A DNA stretch of 64,000 nucleotides, from positions 157,978,001 through 158,042,000 of the forward strand of contig NC_058368.1 in assembly GCF_018350175.1 (NCBI RefSeq), written 5' to 3'. Numbering within the stretch: position 1 is the first letter of the stretch; each line of letters begins with the position of its first letter. A model generated the notes under the pieces. That model was not told where the DNA came from, did not search any database, and saw only the letters and a list, made by a program, of their open reading frames with translations. This document shows positions 29,211 through 40,452 of this stretch, piece after piece. The translations under genes were made by a program, and so were the position numbers. Origin of the DNA: Felis catus (taxonomy: Eukaryota).

Positions 29211-32021
29211 CTATGAAAGAAAAATAAAATAAAAATTCACTTTCCAAAATAAGTACATATGGGTTAGCTTGTAACCCAAGTAACTTAGAGACAGGCAATT
29301 TTTATTAAGCTCATTCAGTGTGCTTGAAGTTAACTTTTTTTTTTCTTTATGAGGAAAACACTGATAGAAGCCTTCCCTCTCTTGTCATTGTGTTGAGTGA
29401 GAGGAGCTCACAATATTATTGCTTGAGCTCATAGTATATTTGGGCACTGGTGATACTTCTTTTTCACAGATTTCAGAGGAACTACACTTGTTTTGGTGTG
29501 AGACAATATTTTGTAGATAGACATTTCTTTTAAAAAAAATACCCATTTTATCAAATTTATCCTGTCAGAGAAGAATAATTTGTGGAAATCTGGTAAACCC
29601 TTTGAATACTATATATGGTCAGTGTTACATCCAGCTAAAATGATTTGTTGTTGTTGTAAAATATAGCTATTGAATCTATAGCCATAATTGTTATAAGCTA
29701 CTAGTGGAGACTATTTGACTTTACACTAGTTCAAGGCTTTCCATATATGGAGTTGGGAAGAGGGAAGAGTAGCCATAAAAAAAGATCACCAATGCTTAGC
29801 TCTTTTTCTGCTATCAACTGGTTTTGCTTCTGGTCACCTCTTTAATTCTAGCTTTATCCTGAGACCTTCAGGAGCTTAGGATAGTGATGCTAAATTACTG
29901 TAAACAAAGGGAGAAATAAACAGAATCAAGAAAGCACTGTCTTTCACAAAGAATTATTTTTTTTAAATGTTTGTTAGTAATACCATTTTATCTGGAAGTG
30001 GCTAGAGAAAATATAGCATATGCAAATCATATGTCAATGTAGATTTTTCCCCCCTCTATTTCTTAAAGCTTCTTGTGACTATTCCATCCTTTCTTTGGAG
30101 ATCCTACCAGGAATGCTGATTTGTTGTTGTTTGGTTTTGGGATTCATAATTTTGAAAGCAATTCCCATAATGAATGGTCCAGGTTAGGATGTATGTGTGG
30201 AGCTAACAGTGAGTAAAGAAAAAAGGGATTTTTTTTTTTTTTACTGTTACCCAATCTCTTTCCACATAGTTACCTGTGTTCTTTAACTGCCCAGAGGATA
30301 TAGGATTAAGTCCCCAGCTACCCCCCATAGGATGCACAAGATTTCCATAATGTCCACAGTAACTACCAGTACAATTCCACCTACTGCTTGCACTCTGTTT
30401 TAAGATGCCAACAATTCCCTGCTGTTTCTTCTAAGCTGCTTTATTTGTATCTTCTTGGTTTGCCACAATCTGGTTTCTATGCCTTGAGTGCCTCTCCAAT
30501 CTCAACATGTTCTCCTGGCAACTTTTGAGTCTTCCTAAACTCTGTTCAGAAATGTTTCCTCCACTGGGCAGTCATTTTTCCACTCCTCCCCAATTCCCTT
30601 CCATCTTCAATCCCTCCAACAACAAATGTTAAGAATCCAGGTGCAACTTCTCCATCAGTTACATGCAGTTCCAATTATTTGTTCCTAAACGGTCTCCTCT
30701 AGATTCTTGATTCTTTGAAAATTTCTTTTCCTATTATTCCTCAGCCCCTAACATGGAGCCTGGCACAGAACAGAGTCTGGGCAAAAGCAAAAAGTCTTGG
30801 TCTGCTACTAGGACATGGAGAAGTCAATCTGCGTATTGACTTTTCTGCTGGGCACTTTAAAGACAATTTAGCTCATAAAATTGGAGAATGAAGCCTCTGG
30901 CAAGGACAGTCGTATTCCCCAGCAGATTTGATCTATGGATTCGCCAACGCCTACACCGATTACGATTACTCATCCGTGACTTCAGCGGCCTCTCTAAAAC
31001 CACCTCCAGAAAAAGAAAAACCGCGCCAAAATGTTTTACAACTCCCTCCTCCCCCGCTTTGAAAGCACACTTCCAAGGCAAGGGGAGAGGGCTTGATTCT
31101 AAGCCAAAGAAAATGAAAGCTTAGATTAGAAATCACGCTCCCTGGGATTCCCCCGGAAATCCCACACCTAAACTGTCACTCTCATAATGCTTTACGCCCT
31201 ACCCTTCCCCCCCCCCCCCCCCCCCCAGCTATCTATTAAACCAGCTGTCACTTGGACAGGCAAGTTTTCATCACAGGCTGAAATCCTCAGGGAAGCTATT
31301 AGGCATTTGGCTGAGGAACAAGAAAAAAAGATAACCTTTCCCCACATTTTGGCAGCTTGACCCTTCAGGGAGACTGACCCAGCAAAGTTGTGAAGCTCGG
31401 ACTTTACAAGTGCCCCGTGAAGACTCGGACCTCCCAGTAGAGGCGCGGAGAGTTGGTCCCCTGTCTTTCACCTACCTCTTCTCCCACCGGCGCCCCAGGC
31501 TATTCCGCAGGCCCCCAGCCTCTAGGTCTCGAGTCTCTGCCGCAGGCGTTCTCCCAACTCCCTGAGCGTGCCTGAAAGGCTGCCGGCGGATATCACCAAG
31601 CTTGCTTGACCCCATGCATCAGGACTTGGATCTGATGCTGCCATATTGAAAAAAAGGAAACAGCCGGATCCTGACGCAGAGACCAGCTGAGTCCCAGGGG
31701 GCAAGAGCAGTAAGCCTCTCCCGGGGGCGCTTGGTCGGTAAGAGCCCGCGTGCATCTCAAGTTCGGTGAACAAGTGTGGAGGGATTTGTCTCCCAAACCA
31801 CGCGGGAATGGATTTAAATGCCAAAGCGGACGGCAGCAAGAATAGGCTCTACCCAGCTGCAGCGGCTTCGTTCTGCCTGGCTGCTTCCAGCCCAAACAAT
31901 AAATAATGCAAGCCTTCTTTCTCCAAGCGCGCCAGGGGCGAGAGCTGCAGAAGCTCCGGCTCTTTGCCAATGGGTTCAGGAGAGTGCGACTTGGGGCTCC
32001 CACTTGGGAGATCGCGCTTCA

Positions 32022-32258
<237 letters not shown>

Positions 32259-32503
32259 TCACACACTCGCTCTCACACAAGTCGAAGGAGACGAGGAAAA
32301 GAAGCAAGACAAGAAGCAAGAAAGAAGAAAAGCCAGAAAGACTCGCCCTTTTCACCCTCGGACTCTAGACCACTTCTCGCTCGGGGTTGCTCTGCTAGGA
32401 GATAGGAGGCGCGCGAGTAGAGGCTGGGCGGTGGCGAGCGCTCTTTGGTCTCCCGGCCGAGTGGAGCCCCAGCCCTTCCTAGCCGGAATGGAAATGAGTG
32501 TTT

Positions 32504-32511
32504 ACACGTCA
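32504..32511 (-). promoter_or_regulatory. Second, variant CRE (TGACGTGT)
   Basis: ACACGTCA on +, i.e. TGACGTGT on -, 20 bp from the first CRE. Confidence 0.75.
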
Positions 32512-32531
32512 AATCGACGAAAGCCATCTCT

Positions 32532-32539
32532 TGACGTCA
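32532..32539. promoter_or_regulatory. Palindromic cAMP response element (CRE)
   Basis: Perfect TGACGTCA ~280 bp upstream of the ATG; the human PC1 promoter is known to carry two adjacent CRE motifs. Confidence 0.85.
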
Positions 32540-33554
32540 GATCTACCTGGACTAAGATCTGGATGGTATTCCCGGCGGGGTGGAGAAGCGGCTAAAATAA
32601 GCAGCGAAGGATTAAGAAAAGGAAGGAACCGTTTGCTGGGATCAGTTAAGTCGGCTCCCTGACTGACTGTAAATTCTGTAGCTATGAGAAACACCTTCAC
32701 TTCTCAAAGAGAAGGGCCCCCTTTTAAATGTAACTACTAAGAACCAAAGGCTGGGAGTTAAGCACACTTTCCCTCCCTTCTGTCCGTTTTCTTTATATTT
32801 ACTTAATTATCTCATGGGCTGGGAGGAGGGCAAGGGGTGAATTCTTATAATAGCCCTCTGGACATCAGCACTTGGTAGGAAGAACAGCAGTCTTAAATCC
32901 GAAATTGGACAGAGGCTGGTCGAGCAGAAAGGAGAAATCTCCTATTGCCTAGATTCTGATTTAAATTGCCTAAGAAAATGACCATGTCTGGAAGACATTG
33001 TTAAAGCAATACTTTTAAAAATGTTTTTTTAAACCATTGAAACCATCTTAAAAAGCAAGTTTACTTCCTCCTCTCCTCTGTTTCTCAACTCAGTAAAACA
33101 ATATCTAGAATTCTAAAATTCTATTCCAGATATTGCAAAGCCTAGCATCACCCCTTTTTTACTGTGCTTATCTGAAAATGATTAGTGATGTGATTTTTTA
33201 ACAGAAAATTATTTCATTTATCCATCAATAAGGGGGTCTAGGAACCCAAAACCTGTTGTGTTAACTCAGGAAGAGAAAAAGCAGGTTTATTAACTCTGAA
33301 CTTTCCTTTTTTCTTCAGTAGAGGTCTTCACTTCGGTGTTGAACTGAAGCTGTGCCATTATTTTTCCATAAAATGCACAGTGTCACTTTGTGGAAGAATG
33401 TTTTTTTCCTGGAAAGAGAAAAAGCAAAAGTCTAAATGACCCCCTCGCACCCCACCCCACCTCCTATCCCCCGGAAATGAATTCAGTCTACCGTAGCTGA
33501 GCCTATTTTGATACTGAGGGCTTGAGCTGGCTGGAAATGACCCGGTGTGTAGTA

Positions 33555-33580
33555 TTCAGCACCAAGGAATGGACAGCGCC
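33555..33580 (+). promoter_or_regulatory. Non-canonical (spaced) RE1/NRSE, candidate REST site
   Basis: TTCAGCACC-aaggaat-GGACAGCGCC: both RE1 half-sites match consensus, with a 7-nt rather than 2-nt spacer. Confidence 0.75.
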
Positions 33581-33881
33581 ACACGCGTGTGTGGTCAGTG
33601 CTACCCTTCCTTTAGAGCTTCAAAAACTGCTGTCGTTTTGCAGCTAGCCAGGATCAAGCTATTTCTCATTTCATCTGTATCTTTCCCCTCTTTTAAATAG
33701 AACAATAGGAAATTGACTGCAGGGGGGAAGCGTGGTTAGGTTCATGATCGTGACTACTTGTGTCGAGCTCCGGGAAGCTTGTTGAACTCAACCCAAAAGT
33801 AAAATTGTGGAGGATTAAAAGTCTTGTCTGAGAAAGGTTTTTCTTCTCTTTTCTTCTATTTTTTTCTTTTCCGTTCTTTCG

Positions 33882-33900
33882 TTTTTTTTTTTTTTTTTGT

Positions 33901-33933
<33 letters not shown>
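33882..33933 (+). repeat. Poly(T) tract
   Basis: About 50 nt of T interrupted by GTG. Confidence 0.95.
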
Positions 33934-33935
<2 letters not shown>

Positions 33936-33942
33936 CTCCCAA

Positions 33943-33956
33943 CCACCGGGGGGCGC
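33943..33956 (+). promoter_or_regulatory. Candidate CTCF motif
   Basis: CCACCGGGGGGCGC, one mismatch from the core CCACCAGGGGGCGC; retains CpGs in an AT-rich context. Confidence 0.55.
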
Positions 33957-34653
33957 AGCTTATTATGGAGAAAGAAGAAAAGGGATAAGATTGGAAAGAA
34001 GGCATAGGAGATTGAGGAAAAAGGAAGTGAGAGATACTCTATACAGAAAGCAAATGAGACTTGGTGGAGGATGAGACTGAGTAGTGCTAATTCTTCATTT
34101 GCTCATGTTTGCAAAAATGTAGACTAGGTTGATAATTTCTTTAAACATAAAGCTTCTCAACAAAATTGCCAAATGCCAAGGTTAATAAGTCATGAGATCC
34201 AGTTAAGTGTACAATAATAATGTGTAACCCTCACACAAGATGTTGTGGAATGGGCTCAGATTAATAGCTCTTCTACCTGTTCTGTAAATTCACATGTGTG
34301 AGTGTTGATGGCTGGGTAAGCTTTCTTTTTTTTCCCCCTTCATATCTCAGCCTGAGTGGCCTCAAGCTCTCTAGGGTGTTTCATTTTCACAGCAGACAGA
34401 TGCTAACTGTGTGCTAGTAAGGCAAAAGAAACCCCTGGCACATATTCAATAAAGGTAGGTATGGTTAGAACAGGAACATATTTGCCCCTTTCTTATTATT
34501 GATCTAGTAAATCAGAGTGTTGGCAGTGAGTGTCTAATTAATGAGGCATTTGTCTTAAATGGAGCACTGTACAGATCTGAAGCAAACATTTGATGATATA
34601 CTTAATACGGTAAATTAAATTCTCACAGCAAAAACAGAATATCCCCATCTAAA

Positions 34654-34656
<3 letters not shown>

Positions 34657-34701
<45 letters not shown>

Positions 34702-34988
34702 GTATACGTATATATATATACATATATACATATATATACATATATACGTATATATATATACATATATATACATACATATATATATGCGTATATATATATG
34801 TATGTATATATATACGCATATATATATATATACGTATACGTATATACGTATATATACATACATATATATACATATATACGTATGTATATATACGTATATA
34901 TATACGTATATATATATATGCGTATATATATACATACATATATATACGTGTATATATATACGTATATATATACATACATATATATATA
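34657..34988. repeat. (TC)n followed by ~300 nt of degenerate (TA)n with TACG/TACA/TATG variants
   Basis: Read directly; source of the YI-rich ORFs in the track. Confidence 0.97.
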
Positions 34989-37304
34989 ATCAGTAATTTA
35001 TTTTGAAATTGTGTCACTTTATGGACCTTATTTGCCACAATTTCTGGGATGCAGAAGAAATGAATGTTTGCCAAAGCTAAACATGCAAATAGATGCAGAA
35101 TTCATCTTTGTCATATCAAGTGCTAACCCAATTCGGCTATGTGCATCATGGTAATAACCTCCAGGCTTATCAATGTTGTATTTTATACCATGAATTAAAA
35201 GACCAAATTATCTCCCTTAAGTTGGTTTTAATAGCATTTGATTCATCTTATTAATTTATGTAGGAAACAGGATAATTCAGAAACTAAAGAAAACTATGTG
35301 TCTATTATGAATTATCAAGTGAGTGTTACACCTTTCATGACTGCTCCCAACTGCCTGCTGATATGGTTAATCATTTATTAACTTTTCTTGGACAGTAATA
35401 AAAGCAAGGCTAGTATAAGCAGGAAGTAAAAATATACTCAGAACCATAGTCACCATATCTCTTCCGTCTTAGAGAACAAATTTTTAATGTGTTTTTTTTT
35501 ACTGTGAAATAAAATATGTACACTAAAGTGCACAAAACAATGTGCTCTATGATTTATCAAAAGTGAACACTGTGTAACCATTCAGGTCAAGAAAAAGAAC
35601 ATTGCTAGCTCTTCAAAACAATATCCCAGTATTTTCAAGGGGCATAGAAGGAGTAAGGAAATAACTTAGGTTTAGCATTTTTCTGTTGTTATGCAAACTT
35701 ACTTGTTTCCTTTGAGTAACAGTAACTGTATATTAAGGTAAGTATGCAATTAATTTGTTTGCAATTAAAGTAGAAAATATTTGGTAACAGAACATATTGT
35801 GGAAGTAAATCTACCTATTGCAGTGTTTCCCGACATAGAAAATAGCAACATTTATATGGAGTACTGGGGTACACTAAAGAAATTTGGGGGCATATGTATG
35901 GGACACAGTAAAGAGATTCATTACAATGTCTTTATATGATGCAATTTTGATGAGAAAATAAATGAGAATATTTGAGGAAGGACATTAAAATTGAATGTAG
36001 ATAAGTTTAAATTTAGAAATATAAATATACTTCCATTGATATTACTTTTTGTTTCAGTTTTTGTGCTTGAAAACTTATATATCATTTCTAATCAAAACAG
36101 TTTAACAGTGATCTTTTCAAGTTTATATATAGCTGCTGTCTATAAAAAATTTTACTTGCACAAGTAGAGAATAAAAATTTTGAAGCAACTTTTATAGCTA
36201 TTAAAATTTTTTCAACATTTTATTTATTTTTTTCAACACTTTATTTTAAATATAGCAACTCTTCCATTTATTTCTTTTCTAAATTTACCCTTGGAATTTC
36301 ATGAGGGTGCTATAGATTGAAATTTTACCTTAATTTATATGTCAAGTATTGAAAAATTAATATTGAAGTTTTAAATTAGAAAACATATGTCCTTTAGAGA
36401 TGTTACTATGCACCTACATTACGACAAATTGATAAAAGTATTTAACGTATGGGAAAACGCCTAAAGATACACTTAACAAGAACTCTTAACTTTCTTTCTC
36501 ATTATCTGTCCTCCTGTGGCCAAATTTTGGTAGGTATGCTATGCTAATTAATCACTCCTTCAGCAAATCCACAGATCCCTTTTTCATGATGAAAAGGGAC
36601 ATGCTTGCAGCAAGTTGCTAACATAGATATTAAGGTGATAGACTCATAGCTAGGTTGAGCTCACAGCCTTGAGAACAGACCAATGAGTGCTAATTATGAT
36701 TGCCTAAATGCCAATCCAGTTGGGTCTTGTTCTCAGAAGCCCAGGATAGAGCTCTTTTCCCTGGCCTTCCCAAAAGTTGAGAAGACCAAATATCCTGAGG
36801 GACATCTGTAATGCCACCATTTGGAAAGCTCTGATCTATAGAAACGGAGGCAAGAAAATAATGGAGCAAAGACTGTACACTGGAAGGCTATGAGATGGAT
36901 GAATAATTATGAAGGACTTTTGAAGAAACTAGACAAACACTTAAAGTCTTGACTTTAATACAGAATTGAATTATTAACATTGAAGAAATAAGTGCTATTG
37001 ATTCCAATTCTTAAAAATGATGGGTCATTTATAGTAAAAGTAGATAATTAAATACAGTCATGTATAAGTGTTTATTAACAATTTTTCTTTCTTTAGAGTA
37101 GGTTCTTTTAAAATATGCATTTACTGAGTGAATTTTGGAATATCCCTGGTTCCATTTCCAAACATGCTTTTGCTTCCTTTACACTCTCAACCACTGAAAC
37201 TTTCATATGGAAAGCCCAAGATAGAACTGCTTTCTAGGTTCCAGAAGTGTATTTTCTATGAGAATGGTAGTAGTGAAAAGTGATCTTAAAAGTTATCTAG
37301 TTCC

Positions 37305-37465
37305 TTGGTTCTCAGAGTGTGGTCCATATATTAGCATGATAGGCATTGCTTTGGAGCTTGTGAGAAATTCAGTTTCTCAGCCTCCATCCCAGAACTATTG
37401 AATGAGAATCTGAATTTTTAATAAGTCCCTGGTGACTCACATGCAATTCAAGTTTGAAACGCATT
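37305..37465. mobile_element. MER5A-like hAT-Charlie relic
   Basis: TGGTTCTCAGAGTGTGGTCC...GGAGCTTGTGAGAAAT...CTCAGCCTCCATCCCAGAAC...GGTGACTCACATGCA...AAGTTTGA. Confidence 0.7.
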
Positions 37466-38336
37466 GATCTAGTTAACCACTTTCCCACCCCAAATACATG
37501 ATATTCCTTGGGAATATTCCTGTCAAGAGTTAGGTAACTCATAGTCTCCCAAAACAGTCCTTTCTTTAGTTTGGATTGGCTCAAATGGTTACAGAGTCCT
37601 TCCTTATAATGACATAAATCTTCTCGCATTACCTACTTCCAGTCAAGCATGCTAATTTTGCCCTATAACACCACACTGATAAGTCTCAATCTCTTTCATA
37701 TGTGACAGCTCTTCAGACTTTGAAGACAGATTATTATGTCTTGCCTAATATTTTTCTACTCTCAGTTAAACATCCTCAGTCTTTTTTTTTCTTTAATAAT
37801 TTTGCACCCTGGTTGGTCTTATCTGAATCTTTTTACATATACTTTTAAAAAAAATGGCATGTAAAATGAAATGTAGTATTTTTGGCTAAACCTGTGCTGA
37901 TTAGGGCAAGAATTTCACCTCTTTTTGGAAGCTATTCTTCTGCCACAATAGCCTAAAATTTAGTTAGCTTTATTTTTTTCTTATTGAACTTATAGTCCAC
38001 TAGAATCTTTATTTGTTGTCACATGTGCTACTAAGTCACATTTTCCCCCAGACTGGTACAGTTTTTATGTTTTTGTTATCTGTGTGTTTGGAGGCAGGGG
38101 TCTAAGTATAAGACTAATTTCAGCCTCTCAAGATATTGTGAATCTTGACTTTACCATCCAGTTATTCTCTCCTAGCTTTATGCTATACGTAAATGTAGTC
38201 AGTTTTCTATTGGTATCTTCATTCAGGCTATTAATAAAAAGATTTGCAAAGACAGGACAGAAGATAGAGCCACCAGAAACTTCCCTACAAGTTAATTGAC
38301 TTAATAATTATTATACATTAGAAACAGTTACTAATT

Positions 38337-38545
38337 GGGGCAGCTAGGTGGCTCAATTGGTTAAGTGTCCAACTTCGGCTCAGGTCATGATCTCACGGTT
38401 TGTGGGTTCGAGCCCCTCATCGGGCTCTGTGCTGACAGCTCGGAGCCTGGAGCTTGTTTCAGATTATGTGTCTCGCTCTCTCTCTCTTACCCTCCCCTGC
38501 TCACATTCTGTCTCTCAAAAATAAATAAATATTAAATTTTTTTTA
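38337..38545 (+). mobile_element. SINEC
   Basis: GGGGCAGCTAGGTGGCTCA head, (CT)n segment, AATAAA tail. Confidence 0.92.
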
Positions 38546-39039
38546 AAGAAAAAGTTAATTTATCTTACTGATGACTGTTCAAAAGGATAGCAGAAAGACC
38601 TTGCCACATGACATGCTGAAATCCAGATATTTAGTGACTGTAGGACTAACTCTCATTGGCATTAGTATGACTTACTCTATGTAATGCTGGGTGCCAGTGA
38701 TCAATATTTATATTGCGAGTAATAGAAACCAAAATTTTATTAATTTATTATGAAATTAATGGTAATCCACTGATCTAGTTCATGTAATTTGCTTCTTTTT
38801 ATTCTTGAAAGAGAATTTTTTTATCATATCCAGTCTTTGAGTACTGATCCTTGTTCTGCTTTCTAATATTCCTCAGTGATCTCTGGCACTGGGTTCAGGT
38901 GCCTCCTTTTTAGAATGAATTCATTCTTGAATTGAAATTTACCCATATTACCTGTCTCCTTCTCTTGAATCAGCCCCAAGTGGTAATGGTATAAACAGTA
39001 TCATCTGATACATATAATATTTTCACCTATCAAAACAAA

Positions 39040-39232
39040 AGTCATCTTGTATAAATCAAAATTACTTTGGTTTCAAAAGACCAAGAGGTGTATCATACTT
39101 GAATCTAGCTTAAGCAAGAAAAAAGAAATGTATTGGCTTATGTAACTGAAGCATGAAAAAACAGCTGGCCAAGGACATTGAACCCAGAGACTTAAGTAGC
39201 ATTAGTGAGTGTCTCCTTATCTTTCACTTTTC

Positions 39233-39268
<36 letters not shown>

Positions 39269-39700
39269 CTCTCTCTCTCTCTCATGCTTTCCCTCTCCCT
39301 CTCTCTCCCTCCTCACTTCTCAGTTGCTGTATCTTTGCAGCTTTCATTTCTAAGGCTCTTCTACTGGGTGAATATGTAACTATTGTCACTTCTGGGATCA
39401 GGAGCTATCCAGTTCATAATTCAAAGAGAAGAAGAGGATCTCTTTTCCATGCTTAATATGTAAATCCCAGAGAAGAACTCTAGGTTCTAGGCGTGGTCAA
39501 TATGTTCACTTTGGACCAATCACTTTAGCCAAGAAGTTTTAATATTGTGATTGGCCATATGTAGGTCATGTGGCCAAGCTCACTTTTGAAAGTTGGGAGG
39601 ATGGCATTATTTGCACTGAACTTGAAGACACATCATTATTTCACAGAATAATTCCCCAAAGAAGGGGCAGGGTGGAGGTCCCTATAATAATGGAATAAAA
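39040..39700. mobile_element. MLT1-type LTR relic containing a (TC)n microsatellite (~39237-39283)
   Basis: TATTGGCTTATGTAACTGAA...GGACCAATCACT...GATTGGCC...GGTCATGTG motifs; boundaries approximate. Confidence 0.5.
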
Positions 39701-40235
39701 GTGTTTAGAAACATGAACGACAATCACTATGCAAGTAAAGAACAGACAATGTAAATCCTTATTTTTCCATCCTGAATATTATCCCTTCTATAGTTCATGC
39801 ATTTAAGCATCATTCAAAAATTTTAAAGTAAATCTCAATTTGAATTAATTTAGATAAAGTAATATAAATATAACATAATAGACTTAAATTCTTTAAATTT
39901 ATTTAAAGTAGACAGGGTTATGAAAAAATTTTTTTCTCATTTTTAATTTGACACAATTTTAGGTTTATAGAAAGTTGCAAAAATAGTACACATAGATCTT
40001 ATATATCTTTTCTTAAGCTTCCTCAAAGGTTTCCATCTTACCTTTAGTACACTTAGCTAAACAAGGACATTAATATTGATAGAATACTATTAACTAATCT
40101 TTATCTTTCTTCAAGTTTTCTCATTATTAGATTGGAGTTATGCATTTTTTAGAAATAAGTGATGTTATGCTCATTCTCCTTGCCCTTTATCAGAAGGTAT
40201 AGATATCCATATGGCTAATTACTAGTGATGCTACC

Positions 40236-40452
40236 TCTTTTTATTTTTTTAAATCTTATTTATTTTGAGCGAGAGAGAAAGGGAGAGACAGTGTGAGTGA
40301 GGGGCAAAGAGAGGGAGAGAGAGAATCCCAAGCAGGCTCCCTGATGCCAGTGCAGAGCCCAACACAGGACTCAATCTCAGGAACCATGAGATCATGACCT
40401 GAGCCAAAATTAAGAGTTGGACACTTAACCAACTGAGCCACCCAGGTGCCCC
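40236..40452 (-). mobile_element. SINEC
   Basis: Ends GAGCCACCCAGGTGCCCC on +; TSD TAGTGATGCTA(C/T)CTCT. Confidence 0.93.

Noticed and set aside
31434..31448. CTCF-like CCAGTAGAGGCGC in intron 1
   Set aside because: One base short in the core G-run; too weak to call without ChIP data.
34623..35074. YI-rich ORFs on both strands
   Set aside because: Translation of the degenerate (TA)n array. The array has no repeat-spacer structure, so it is not CRISPR-like.
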